A DNA stretch of 64,000 nt, from positions 49,724,001 through 49,788,000 of the forward strand of contig CM060732.1 in the NCBI GenBank assembly GCA_030704615.1, in the 5' to 3' direction. This document shows, piece after piece, positions 11,561 to 24,814 of this stretch (position 1 is its first letter; each line of letters begins with the position of its first letter). A program made the translations under genes and the position numbers. A model generated the notes under the pieces. That model was not told the origin of the DNA. It made no database searches and saw nothing but the letters and a program-made list of their open reading frames with translations. This DNA comes from Takakia lepidozioides. Lineage: Eukaryota; Plantae; Bryophyta.

Positions 11561-12475
11561 ATCCTTCAAATCACAAGTTTGAGCTTCACACACAATGAAC
11601 TTACAGGGATTGAGCTTCCAATGCGAACCAAAAGTCTTATATTGATAGCATTGTTATAAAACACATGGACCAACAATGACAGTCTCTGGAATGACATATA
11701 GTACAGTTTCTTGTAGTATGTCGCACACAACTATGTACCAGTGACGTGGATTCTTTGCCACTTGCCTCTTTTGCCCATTCAGCCATCTCCACATTGCCAC
11801 AGACTCTGTATGCACCACGCAAGGCCATCCACACCATCCTCTGGAAATGCTATAATCAGCCATCTCCACATTGCAATGGATTCTGTCCGCACCAAGCAAG
11901 GCCAACTGCATTCAGCAGCCTCCACTTTATTATGGTATTGCAACAACATTGAAAGCACTTCAATTAATATCCAACAAGAACATGTAGGTTGGAAAACAAA
12001 AATTATTGCAGCAGAACTTACATTCGTACTCCTCCCCTTCCACTACACACGGGAAATTTAACCCCTGGTACCTCAACATGCTCCCCTTCAAGCTCTTCTA
12101 ACTCACCAACATGTCGCTCTATCTTTGCTCCTACCTCCTCATTGTATGTGATCCCCCTGATAGCAGCCAAGCAACAAGATACTAGCCAAGAAAACAGCCA
12201 ATGTATGCAGTGAACGTCGATACTAAACTGAAACTTATCCAGCACTTAAATTAGAGGAGGGAAGTGAGTTCTACCTCTATAAGCTTGCCCACATCAACTC
12301 TGGGAGCTTTCATAATATTTACTTTGTGGATGAAGGTGTTCTGTGTAGGATACATACTGGCTGATATCTTCTCAATGTCTTTTCTAATCACCTCTGGAAT
12401 GAACTTGGCTACAAGAACCTTCAAATCACAAGTTTGAGCTTCATGCACAATGATCTCCCTCGTCTTCCACCGAAG
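11561..12475 (-). pseudogene. RPS3a: RPS3a 3' exons with retained intron, repeated module units 2-3
   Basis: [66 protein letters not shown]|gt (12475-12276), then a last-exon-like YNEEVGAKIERHVGE...EVPG (~12146-12064). Confidence 0.8.
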
Positions 12476-13959
12476 CAAGCCGAGACATGGTAACACTACT
12501 TACATCAGGCTGCATATCGCGAAACAGGTGAAGGACCTGCATGGAAATACTGGCTGCATACAGTATTTTGCAGTGTTCCTGACAAGCAACCACCATTGCA
12601 ACCGTCATGTTCTATGGAAATTTCTGTCTCTGTCTCTCTCTGTCTCTCTCTCTTTCCCACTCACACATGAACCTGAGAAATGAACATCAGAGACTTGAAA
12701 TGCCTTCATTATCCCCAAAAACTATTGGCTGGTGTACTTGAGATTCTATTTCTTTCAGAGACTGCCATTCAACTTCTAAGAATTGCATCATTTTGTCGAA
12801 GAGCCCTAGAAATTGTCTAACATTTTCGAAATTGTGCGTAGCAAGTGCGCTTAATGTGGTTGGGTCGCTTCTTTGTGAAGCCAATGCAGAAAATCCGCAA
12901 CATGTAATTGTCTGTTGTTTTCACATCCACATGTGACTCTATCAGACTCTACCATTTCCGCACCAGCCTCCATCAACTTGTCTGTGGTGAAATTTATTCC
13001 CTGGACCAATCCCAAGTCAATTTACAACACGGCCTTTAACCCTGACAACAAAAAAAACTCACTTTAGAGTGCCAAAAGACACAGATTTACCTGAGAATAA
13101 GCACTTCAATTTCGCTATGATGTACTGAGTGATAAGAGCCCCATACTAGAAGCAACGCTGCACCCACTTAAAATGAGAGTAACCTAAAAGTTAGTGAGGA
13201 CATTGCGACCCTGCACATTCTTGGTGAAGCCAGTTTGACAATTCGCAGAGAGAACACATATACTGGCGGCCAGCTTCAACCTTTCCTTTGTAATATCTTC
13301 CATTATTTGACCGGCCAACCTGTGATGACGACAATGCTACCCATATCCTAACAACATTGCATTCGAAAAGAATTCCCAAAATCAAGATCATGAGGGGAAA
13401 TGTGAAGTTCCCTTTGGAACCTTCCACATAGAATGAAGGGTTTGACAGCGGAATAAGGACAAAAAGGGGGAGGAAGATGCAGGTTCCGATTGGGATTTCG
13501 CATCGGGCCTGTAGCTTCATGATGGTGATTGGTTATAACTGCTAATGGAAGAGATGTAGACTTGGCAGTAGATATTTAAACGCTTCGATTATAACTTACC
13601 AATCTGACACCAGATAACCTTTGTAAATCCTATCGAATTCTCCCTTCAAATTCGCATCGTCGATGCTTCCATACATGTCCATGAAGGTAACATTCCAAAT
13701 TTCTTCAAGTAGATGCAGTTCTCGCCTATGATATGATCACCATGCTATCCTGCAATCATCGCATTTGAATACACGACCCGTCGTTCAGCCATACTGTCGC
13801 ACATTCCTTCTCTGCAAACTCCACATTCCAAATGGCATCCTCTGCAGACTCTCAATTTACAGACTCAATGAAGAATGCGACTTAGTGCTCTACGGTAACT
13901 ACAAAATGCTTGAGCTATATCAAACCAATAGGAAACTAACACATGTACTAAGCTGATAG

Positions 13960-14548
13960 GATTTCGGCAAACATGGATGGATGAGCTCATCCAATAGATG
14001 GATCCATACATGTATATGTCTTCAAAATGACACGTGTACTAATAAAGTCATATAAATGCCTTTAAAATGCCATGTGTAGTGATGTAGTCATATATATAGA
14101 GTCATGAATCAATCTGCAGTCAAACAGTCATAAGTTTACATGCCATGTCATGCTGTGGATGAACTCGTCCAATGGATGAATACATTCGTGTATTTGCCTT
14201 CGAAATGACACGTGTAGCGATGTAGTCGTATAATTAGAGCTGTGAAACCATCTCCAGTCATGGAGTCATAACATTCCATGAAACGTCGTCCACGTGTAGT
14301 CAAACAGATCACACTAGTCATATAAACCATCCCTGTTATTGTGGTCAACAATGTTTGACCAAAGCTTCATAACTTTCCGGAGTCATGTAGTGATAAAACT
14401 ATTATTGCAACGCATTTCAGCGCTCTGTAGTCATCTACCTAGTGCAGTTTTTATGACACCGCCAAAGCCGTAGTCCTAAAAACGCTCATCTCTTGTAGTG
14501 ACGCCGAAGCCAAAGCCGTAGTCCTAAAAATGCTCATCTCTTGTAGTG
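13960..14548. mobile_element. CACTA (En/Spm) transposon right end with subterminal tgtagtc/tgtagtg repeats; terminus duplicated
   Basis: tcttgTAGTG (reverse complement of CACTACAAGA) ends at 14500 and again at 14548, inside a 48-bp tandem duplication (14461-14508/14509-14556). Confidence 0.65.
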
Positions 14549-17500
14549 ACGCCGAAGCCGCACTACGACTTCGTCTCGAGGCTACACGATTATAGTACGT
14601 GAACGGAAGCACGTAGCTTCCGCGTTAGCCCGCACTACAAGGCAACCCCCTTGGTAGCGCAGTTGTAGTACGCGCACGCGCCAGGTGCACACTAGCACGT
14701 GAACTCCCAAAGAAGACACGAGTTTCCTTGCCCCTTGGATGGGAGTTACCCGATTTCGGTACTGCGCAAACACACAATTACCCCAATTTACCTCTCCCAC
14801 TTTTGTAAGCTAGCATGCATCCTACACACTAGCCAACCACACCATGCATCACCATTCCAAACAAAATAGGATGCACACCATTTGGAAACCATTTCATTTA
14901 TAAACAAAATTTGTGCAACACAAGTTTTTGCAATTGGATTCCTAAGCTAGCTAAGCCAGGCTAAGCATGCATTTCCTCCCCCATGATCCAAGGTTGATGT
15001 CCCCATCAATGCTTCTTCCACTTTTGAGGTCGTCCTTCGAAAGCTGCAACTGCCTCGGATGCGTTTCCCATTTCTAAGGCACGCACCCAAGTTGCCTCCA
15101 CTTGATGATCGCCCTTCCATTTCACGAGATACTCTGTTTCTCGATTCTTGAACCTTCTTGACTTAAGCACTGCCTCCACCTCGTACTTAGGTTCATTTTC
15201 ATGATCCAACAGCACAGGTGGTGGACGCAACACTTGATGCCGATTCGGACGCGCTTCATCTTTAAAGTAAGGCTTCAAAAGGGAGACATGGAATACCAGA
15301 TGCACCTTGCTGTTTGCCGGCAGTTCCAATTCATACACATCCTCATTCATAACCTTCCGGATGCGAAAGAGCCCCGCATACGGAGGTACGAACTTCGGAC
15401 TCACTTCCGGAGGTAGTCGGAAATTCTTGATGTTCAACCAGACCTCCGTGCCTGCCTCAAACTTAAGTTCCCTCCGCTTCCGATTTGCCTGTCGTTCATA
15501 CCGTTTTCTAGCTTTGGCATTGTTGTACTTTGCGAGCTCCAACAAACGTTCGCGTTCTTCCAGCACTGCCGCTGCTGCCGGTTCCTCAACGTCCTGGGCA
15601 GCCCAATTTGTCGGCACTAGAGGTGCTTTTCCATAGACCAATACGAAAGGGGAAACTCCCTTTGCGGAGTGTTTTGTGTTATTGTAACAGAACTTTGCCG
15701 CATCCAAGTGCTCCACCCAGTCTGATTGGTCTGCCGACATATAATTCCGCAAGATCTGCTTCACCACGGAATTGACTCTTTCGGTTTGGCCGTCCGTCGT
15801 AGGTCGGAAGGCGGTGCTCATCTTGAGCCTCATCCCCATTTTCTTCCAAAGTCCCCTCCAAAATTTACTTGTAAACTTTGGATTGCGGTCCGAGACAATA
15901 TCCTTCGGGAGTCCATGATGCGAAGTAAAGTCGCCCCGTCTCCTGCGCCGTTGCCGTCTCTTTGGTGGGAATGAAATGGCCCATTTTACTGAACCTATCC
16001 ACCACCACCATGATTGCATCGAATCCTTTTGACAGCGGCATAGCAGTCATGAAATCCATCGAGACACTTTCCCAAGACCCCTCTAGAATCGGCAAGGGTT
16101 GTAACAGCCCCGCTTGCTTTTTGTACTCGCTCCGGTTTTGTTGGCATGTGGTGCATGTTTTGGCATACTCCTCGACCTCCTCCCTCAGTTTGGGCCAGAA
16201 ATACTCTTTTTTCAAGAGTGCCGCGGTGCGCTTGGCTCCGCTGTGGCCCGCAAACGGGCCATCGTGGCATTCTCTCAAGAGACTATCTTCGATCCCTCCC
16301 TTCGGCACGTAGAGGTGCTTTTGCTTGTACCAGAGCAGTCCATTGTGCAAGTGGAATTGCGATTTAACCCCCATCCTCAAGTCCCGCATCACGGACTTTG
16401 CCATCTCATCCTTCCGGTAAGCCGTCCAGATCTTCCTTTGGAGCGCCGTCTCGCCCCTGTACACCAACATGAGCTGCTACTTTCTACTTAAAGCATCGGC
16501 CACCACATTGTCCTGTCCCGGTTTGTATTGGATATCCACGTCGAACAGTGCCAAAGTGTCTTGTCACCTAAGTTGTTTTGGGAACAACTTAGGCTGTGTG
16601 GCAAAATACTTCACCGTGACATTGTCCGTGAACACCTTCACCGGGTTGGAACCAACATAGTGCCGCCAAAGCTCAAGGCAATGCACCATCGCCTTCATTT
16701 CTTTCTCGTGCGTAGGCCACCTTTGCTCCACTTCATTCAGTTTCTTACTTTCGTAAGCCACTGGACGTCCATCCTGCATGAGCATACCCCTAATTGTGCT
16801 GTCCGAAGCATCCGTATGAATCTCAAATGGACGGTCGAACTCCGGGATTTTTAGGACCGGAGCTTCCGCCATCCGCTCCTTCAACTCGGCAAAAGCTTGG
16901 CCACAAAAGGTGTTCCATACCCATACCTTGGACTTACACATAAGGTCCAACAGCGGCCCCACGATCTTGGCGAAATTTCTCACATACTTCCGGTAATAGG
17001 AGGCGAGTCCTAGGAAGGATTGCACTCCCGAAACCAAAGTCGGAGGTTCCCAGTCCAAGATCGCCCTCACCTTTTTGTCATCCATTTCGATCCCATCCTG
17101 TGTAATCACATGTCCTAGGAACTCCGCTTTTGTGACCCCGAATTTGCACTTTGAAGCTTTGGCATACAGCTTCCCTTCCCGCAATTTCTGGAACACCCTT
17201 TTGAGGTGCTCCAGGTGCTCTTCCTTTGTTTTCGAGTACACCAAGATGTCGTCGATGTACACGATCACAAAGTCATCAAACCACTCCTGGAAAAGGCTGT
17301 TCATTAGCGTGCTAAAGGTCGCGGGTGCGTTGGTGAGCCCAAAAGACATCACCAAGAACTCATATGAACCATATCTTGTTCTGCACGCGGTCTTCTCCTC
17401 ATCTCCTTCCGCCACTCGGATTTTATGGTAGCCAGAGCGCAAATCGATCCGGCTGAAATACTTTGCTCCTGCCAACCAATCGAAGAGGTCGTCGATCCTA

Positions 17501-17934
17501 GGCAAAGGGTACCGGTTCTTGATAGTCACCTTATTTAGAGCCCTGCTATCGACACACATCCGCAGCGTCCCATCCTTCTTGTCTGCGAATAGCACCGGGG
17601 CTCCGTAAGGTGACTTACTCGGCCGGATGTACCCCTTTGACATTAGATCCTTGAGCTGAGTCTTCAGCTCGATCAACTCTCTGTGGCTCAACTGGTAGGG
17701 CGCCTTGGCAGGCGGATCCGATCCCGGTATCACCTCAATCTTGTGGTCAACTACTCTTCGCGGTGACAAGCCACTTGGTAAATCCTCTGGCAACACATCC
17801 TGGTATTTCTCCAAGATCCCCTTGATCCAATGTGGGCTCGGCTCCATATCGCCTTCTCCGTCCACTTGTCTTACATAAAGCAAAAACTGGGGCTCGTGTG
17901 GCTCCTCCACAGCCCACTTCTTTGCTGACAGCAG
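14549..17934 (-). mobile_element. Chromovirus (Ty3/Gypsy) family B copy 1: RT, RNase H, integrase, chromodomain, 3' region; degenerate
   Basis: [11 protein letters not shown]; RNase [10 protein letters not shown]; integrase ECHD..AGH..C..CQ and SDRNPKFTS..DGQTER; chromodomain YEVEAVLKSR...YLVKWKG...ATW. Several frameshifts and stops. Confidence 0.95.
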
Positions 17935-18075
17935 CACTACAGGAAAAGGGGGGGTTTTGCAACGTCGCGGCCACGCCGCGGCGTCGTAAAACAGCCCTTT
18001 ACGGGCAGGGGGAAAAACCCAAATTTGCGACGTCCGTCGCCAAAAAAACGTCGCAAACTATGCGAGTTTGGTTGA
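17935..18075 (+). mobile_element. CACTA transposon left end inserted into chromovirus pol
   Basis: CACTACAGGAAAAGGGGGG begins exactly where homology to chromovirus copy 2 stops. It is followed by gcgacg/cgtcgc subterminal repeats. Confidence 0.75.
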
Positions 18076-18078
18076 ACC

Positions 18079-20615
18079 TCATGCAAAGCGCATGAAGGCT
18101 TTACAGCAGCAGTTAGATGTGTAAAGGCTCACATAGGAGCACACTCTAAGGGGTGCCACACACAACTTGGTGGATAACCACCTTATGCAGGTCTGGTTAG
18201 CACAAGGGCCGGTGGAAGGCAAAGCACCACGGAAGCTCACCCAGGGCGAGATGAATGAGCTCAGACTGCAGGTGCAGTACATTGCCACAACTACTATAGA
18301 CAATGTCTATAGTAGGATAGCGGAGCTACAGGAGGATGTAGAAGGCCTGCAGACTCAGGTGGATGACCTGAGTTCAAATATTGACAAGAGAGTCTTTATA
18401 CCTGAGGAGCAGCTGATGGCTACTTATTTACAAGCCAGAACTCTAATTTTTCAGTCTTCTTCGCAAGGGGTGCAAGAGATGCTAGTGGTAGAAGGGCCAG
18501 TGCTACCAATACCACAACAAGTGACTGTGCAGGTAGCTGACCCTGCTATTACTACAGCCACACCACAGCCTGAGGTATGGGGGGATGCTGCTTTTAACCC
18601 ACCTAAGACTCCTGCTACACGGGAGTACAGTCGGGCTATGATTATGCCCTTCAACCAAATTCCCATTGTGTTGGATTTGGCTTGGAAGGAATTTAGTCCT
18701 CCGCAGTCGTTGGCACATTACTACCAGATCATGCGCATTGGCTGCCAGTGGCAACTAGGACTAAGGTTCTTCCGAACAATCGACCCATTGAGGATCATCA
18801 CTTTGCGAGGTACTGGTCTGAAGCAAGTACCATGTTGAAGGAATTAATTGCCTTCCAAGTTGTACATGGGTACATTTATACCAAGACCAAGGAGGTAGCA
18901 AGTATTGTCATGGGCTGTGGATTATACTATGCTGCTTGTTTTCCGACACGTTATCACATTGAGCAGCAAAAGATGCAATCGCAATTTCTGAGTTATTCCA
19001 GTGGGGATCATTGGGTCTTACCTTCCGTGCCACCTCATATGTACCTATATGAAGCAAAAGTTATGATGCAAAAGGATTCCCAACTTCGTTCATGGTTTCA
19101 TTCGGCCTGGAACAATTTGACAACACAGAAATTCGGCCCTGACGATATTTTCTTTAAGGGAGGCATGGAAATACTTGCACTGTTCCCAAGTCATTAGCAC
19201 ACCACTCACCTTTACGGACAAGGAGTTCAGGGTGTTCACCAATTTTGCCATTAAGCGCTTACAACAAGTTGTACAGTTTAAACTTCCAGACATGGTGGGA
19301 CCACATTGTATACCCCAGAGGATTCCAGTTAGAGTTCGACCGTTAAAACACCTCAGGGGGGACAAGGATTCTGATACTATTGTTTCTTCAGCGGACTCTT
19401 TTGATATGGCAGAAGACTATGCACTTCAGATGGCAGAAAAGAAACGACGGGGATCTCCTATGCCTGAAAGGTTACCTCGATATGCCAAAGGAGGGTCAGA
19501 CATTTCCGGGTAGTGCTCAATCATCTCCGTCGACCAGTGACAAGACTCGGGCTCGCACACGGAGTCCTTCACGAGACTCTCACCGTCAGAAGGGTGTTCG
19601 ATCACAAAGGTTTGCTAATCCTAAACAGTAAACCGTGAGGACACGACTTTTTGAGAGGGGGAGGGGTAAATGTTAGAGGGCTGCTTGGGACTTTAACGCT
19701 TTTACGGGTTCTGTGGGGTACCCTTAATTTTTACACAAACTGAGACCAACAGGAGCCTTAGGGGTGACAGCAGCAGGCTTTAAGGGGGGGGGGGGGGGGG
19801 GTTACACAGCTCGACACAGCCCGTCACAGCCGCCACAGCCTGACACAGCCAGTCACAGCCGCCACAGCCCGTCACAACCAGTCACAGCCAACACAGCCCG
19901 CCACAGCCAGTCACAGCCGCCACAGCCGACACAGCCCGATACAGCCCGACACAACCTTACACAGCCAGTCACAGCTCGGCACAGCTTGACACAGCCTGTC
20001 ACAGTACATGGGGAACAGTTATCATTGGCAGAGAACGACTGTGAAGGAACGACATCTGCAGAAGGAACGTGTTACTACAGGGATGACGGTTAATTAGTTA
20101 GGTGGTTAGAACAGCTTTGGGCAGATAAGGGGAGCGCTTCACAGGGAGCGCTTCTTGGTCATGTAGGAGAGGAGATCAGGCGGAGAGCAAGAAGGAGAGC
20201 AGAAAGAAGGAGAAAAGATGAACAGTAGATGCTTATTTCATGCAGAGCTGTAGTGATACTGTAGGGCAGATTAGAGTCACCATGACATTGGCCTGATACC
20301 TGATAAATCGTAATCTGATACTTATTCGATACAAGCACACTGTGTAGAGAGACATGAGTGAAGCTGTGAAATGTATGCATGATTAATTGGAATTAAGTAG
20401 ATACTGAAGCAATCTGATGCTTCAGTATCAGAAAAGGTGAATTGATAACATGAAGGCAAGAAGGAATACAAATGGGAAGCACAACCATGATTCACTAGCT
20501 GTAGGTCATGACTGATTGTACTGAGCGGGCTGAGTGCTTAGAAATATCCAACTCTTCTATCTTGGAGTTTCCACCTCGGATAGCGAAGGGATGGGTGAGT
20601 AAAAGCCGTTCGACA
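18079..20615 (+). mobile_element. Family A retrotransposon copy 2: C-terminal part of extra ORF, PPT (19653-19670) and complete 945-bp 3' LTR (19671-20615)
   Basis: Degenerate coiled-coil ORFs 18167-19631. gagagggggaggggtaaa PPT is followed by TGttag...tcgaCA. The LTR is homologous to 3496-4354. Confidence 0.8.
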
Positions 20616-21308
20616 CTCCCCTTCAAGTCATAGTTAGTCGCTTTGATGCGCACGCCTAACTCCCAAACTGGCCGCCCAGCCAACTCAGAGCTTCGGCTGC
20701 TCACCGGGGCATAACGGTCCCCCTTTTATCCTCCACAAGACCCTCTCCCAATTTGGGCCTAGTGGAAATTCCCTTTGGTTGTTGGCAGTCCGGAACAGCT
20801 CCCCACACTTTGGTCGCTTTCTGGTTTGCACGCTTATTCACTAGTTTTTGGTCACCAATGGGCTTGCACCGTTCTCGGGGTTACTACTCCATATATGTAC
20901 TTCTGTGACTGTCCGTGGGGGTTTCACAAACAACCCAATCATTTTATGACGAACCACCACGAAAACCCTTGATTTCCGGTGATGAGTCGCGGTGAGTCTT
21001 GGCCCACCCACCACGGCCCCATTGGACCGTGATGAGTCCCAAGACTCCCCACGACCCCCACCACAAGGTCTCCGCCCCCATGGTGAGTCCTATGTCACCC
21101 CCACTAAGTCCCACTAAGCTACCACCACCCTTCGTGGAACCACCCCCGCCGCAACCTGGTGTGTGGGGCTCCACCTAGTGAGCGCCTTCGCCTCCTTGAG
21201 TGCCTTGGGTACTCAAGGGTGCTTCAGCCCCCATATCTATTGTTGCCACCACCCCCACCACAGGGGCAACACCCTCTTGTGTCCTGACCCCCCGCCAGGG
21301 CCGCGACA
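20616..21308 (-). repeat. 5' LTR remnant of chromovirus family B copy 1
   Basis: Collinear with 55793-56490 and ends ...gcgaCA at 21308. The missing 24 bp are replaced by the family A LTR. Confidence 0.9.
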
Positions 21309-24300
21309 TCTACCAGCTGGTATTGTGCAGACATGATACTCATACTCATATTAATATCTGAAAAAAAATACATCCACCACTATATAGACCAAACTTGTAT
21401 GAAAATTTTGTGATATGTCTAGTACCAGGACCAGTGTAGTACGTCCTAAACCTAATACCAGAACAACATTGGTTAGCATCCCTAAAAAGAGGTTATTTTG
21501 TCCTCTCATTATAATTAAGGGGCCTGATTTGCGAGCTCTCGCACCAGGTGTTTCCGTGTACGCTAGTCGCGTAATGGCTCCGCCCTATTTTTTATTTTTT
21601 ATTTTTTTTAAGGAAAACCTGGGAGCGACTACTCACAATTCAGGCCTTTGAGGAGGGGAAAATACTATTTACAAAACTGAATGGCTAGTGCTGGCGGTCC
21701 TGATTTTATTTTTAAGATATGTCATGGTTTTAGTCATGGTTAACTAGAATTACCTACTTCTAGTTAACTAGAATATTTTGGATATTTATATTTGTATTTT
21801 GTGTGTTGGGACTTCATTTGGTCTCATATGCCAAGTGAGGTGTCAAACCTCACTTGGGACATGGGGATGGGTTTTCCCCTTGTGAGTGTTGAGGAAGATT
21901 CATCTTCTTGTAGTTGAGCCTCCGTGAGCATCTCTTACCTCCATTGCTCTAGGTATTGAGATGGAGTGTGTTGAGGGCTTTGTAGGGTGGATTCCCTTAG
22001 CAAGGGTGCCTTTGGCTTGACTTAGTTTATGTGATTGAGTGGATTCATGAGTGGAGTGTTTCCCTTGTGTTCATTTTCATTATCACTACAAGAAGATGAC
22101 CTTATGTTTGTGAGGGTTAGTTTAGCACTTGTGTGTTAAAGAGCTTGGGAAGATAGCTCTTGTGTTGCAAGGTGTTGCATATATTGCAAAGAAAAATCCT
22201 TGTGATGTTAGTGCTTTGAGAGATATTGCTTTGCCCTAAGGAGGTGGAGAGCTCAAAGATGGAGCTCTTGTAGATCACAAGGCTTGCAAGGAAAGGTGCT
22301 TGGTGAAGTTGCATGCACCAATGAATTGAGAGCAAGGAGAATTTAGCTCTTGTATTACAAGGCTTGCAAGGGTTACAAGGAAAGGTACTTGTGGTGTTAC
22401 ATCAAGGTGTTGGGGAGCTCAAGAATGAGCTTGTTTGCCACAAGATTTGCAAAGATTGCAAGAGGGAAGTCTTGTGTGTGTGGAAGCATGGATTCTAAGG
22501 ATTGAGAATCATTTCTATGCTTTATGGAGTCAATGGTGTGTGCCATGGCTTGTGGAGAGCAACTAAATGATTGTTAGTATTCATTTCACTATCAATCTAG
22601 GGTTAAGCAAGCTCAAGTATGGATGTTGTGGAAGACAAGCCAATGAGCTACATAGGCTTGGGCTTGAAGACAACAAGGGCAATCACTTGGAGATCATTAG
22701 GAAGCTCAAGAGGTTTGAAGGGGAGCATGTGAAAAAGTCTTCCAATCATGGTGGTGTAGAGCCAAGCTTAGGGCATTGGAAGGGCTTGGAGAACAACTTG
22801 TGGAAAGTCCTTGAAGAGCAACTTGTGGAAAGTCCTTGAAGAGCAATCATCATTCAAGCATGCTTCCCAAGTGTGGCTTCAAATTTCAAGCATAGGATTG
22901 TGTGCTTAGAATGTATGGTGGACAGCGATGTATGTTGTGGCACGATGCTTAGGTGCACGAAAGATTTTTAAAACACAAAATTGAAACCATTAGCACACAC
23001 AATAATCCTGAGGATAATAGTTAAAAAATAAATGTAAAATTTAGATTCAAAATATTTTATATTTTTATTGAGAGATAAATCTGAAGAGAACTAAATATAA
23101 TGGAATTCAATGTGATGAAACTGAAGAGAACTGAACATAATGGAAGTCATTGTGATAAAACTGAGAGAAAACAAATATAATAGGGCACACGTGCAACCTC
23201 TGATAGGATCGTACGCCGGTTTTCCGGCATGTCAAATCTTCCCCACCCTCCCTTGAGAGTGACATGGCACTGAAGGAGTGTAAACTCCAGTCTGGGTTAT
23301 ACGACGAGGTGTGTAACTCCACTCGGGGTTACAGAGAATGGAGTGTAACTCCGGTCGGTGTAACCCACACTGGGTCTCGAAATTTGACTAATTCCAAATG
23401 TGGCTAAGTATAAAATGGACTAACTAGAGCTACATGAGAAACCATGGTTACAACACTAGAGTCTCTCATCAAGAATTGAACCCAGAACCTCACCGCCTGC
23501 ACTGCTACCACCTTACCATCACACTACTCACGACAACTTGAAACCGACTTGGATTCTTAAGTATTTAATAGTGAAACCGAGGTAAGATGGGGTGGGGAGG
23601 ATGTGACAGGGCCTCGCCGGAGGAGGAAGGTATGATCTTGATAGATACGTATTAACTGGGGAAAGTACATCAGGAGTGGTCTCTCATTAGCAATGTCTTT
23701 TTTTCTCACTTTTCCAAAATCGCCAGAAGGGCTATATGTAAATTCTACCCAGTGCCCATGTGGCAAGAATAACTAGGTGGTAAGGTTAGAAAAGTGGTGA
23801 TATAACAGGTGTCACATTTTAACAGGTCCACGTAGGAAAAATTTGGCTTTTGATATTTAACCAATGGCGCTTTCTGGGATTTTTTATTTATTTTTTACTC
23901 TCATAATTCATTGTAAAAGTAGCTGACCCATTTTTCGGGTCGAAATCTGGCGATTTTTCATCAGATTTAAAAAACATTGCTCCTTAGGGATGAGCCAATA
24001 AATAAACAAATAAACAGGAATCATGTAAGCACTTCATGCACGAGTGTCATTTCACAGTACTTTCGCCAGATTCCGGCGGACCGTGTCGACTCCCCTTTTA
24101 CCCCGGATTCACTATTAAATATTTTAGAATGCAAGAGGTTGTCCAATAGCTGTGAGTTAGGGGTGAGTCGTCTACTAGTAAGATGTAGTATAGGCGGGGG
24201 TGACTGCAGCCTACAGTGTCCATTTTTTGCTGTTACAACACTGTTTTTCCCAAACATAGAATAGTGGTAAATTAGCATACTCCTACATGACAATGCTATC

Positions 24301-24814
24301 AATAAAAAAGGACTAAAATATAGAGGCTCATCTACATGTACTTTCACACTTTTAAGTCTCATTATCAAAACCAGAATCTCTAGATGCTATGGACTTTTAA
24401 AAAGTCCGTAAGGAATTGTTACAGTCCATAAAAAAAGACGTTATGGACTTTTTAATATAGGAGTTAGAACAAAGTCAAGAAAAGGGACTCTCTCAAACTT
24501 GCTTCGAAGAATGAGGAATATGGAATGAAAACTATCATTCAAAAATATGAGGTTAAAAAACAATTATGTACTATTTTGAGCCTAAAAAATAGTTATTTTC
24601 ATAAAGTCATTTATGAATAAATTCTTTTGAAATAACCAAAAAAAAAATCATTAGACATATCAAATTCAACGTGGAAAAATAAACACGGAGGCTATAAGGT
24701 GAACAACCACTTTTACACCAGGGCCACAATATCCAGCTTAGGACTCATAAACAAGAGAGACAAAAAATCAAAATGACCATCAACATTACCAAAACTCTTT
24801 AATGATATTGGACA

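Noticed and set aside
12480-13950. PHD-finger-like or CACTA accessory gene remnants on - (e.g. CSLCELSNWLHQEC)
   Set aside because: Too degenerate to assign a family or exon structure by eye.
20975-21095. Hammerhead ribozyme in the chromovirus LTR (tgatgagtc motifs; also 56155-56270)
   Set aside because: The motif is GTGATGA rather than CTGATGA, and no correctly placed GAAA or stems were found.
21720-23455. Solo LTR with TG...CA ends
   Set aside because: LTR-like composition, but the flanks (agata/ctaga) give no TSD and there is no second copy in the window.
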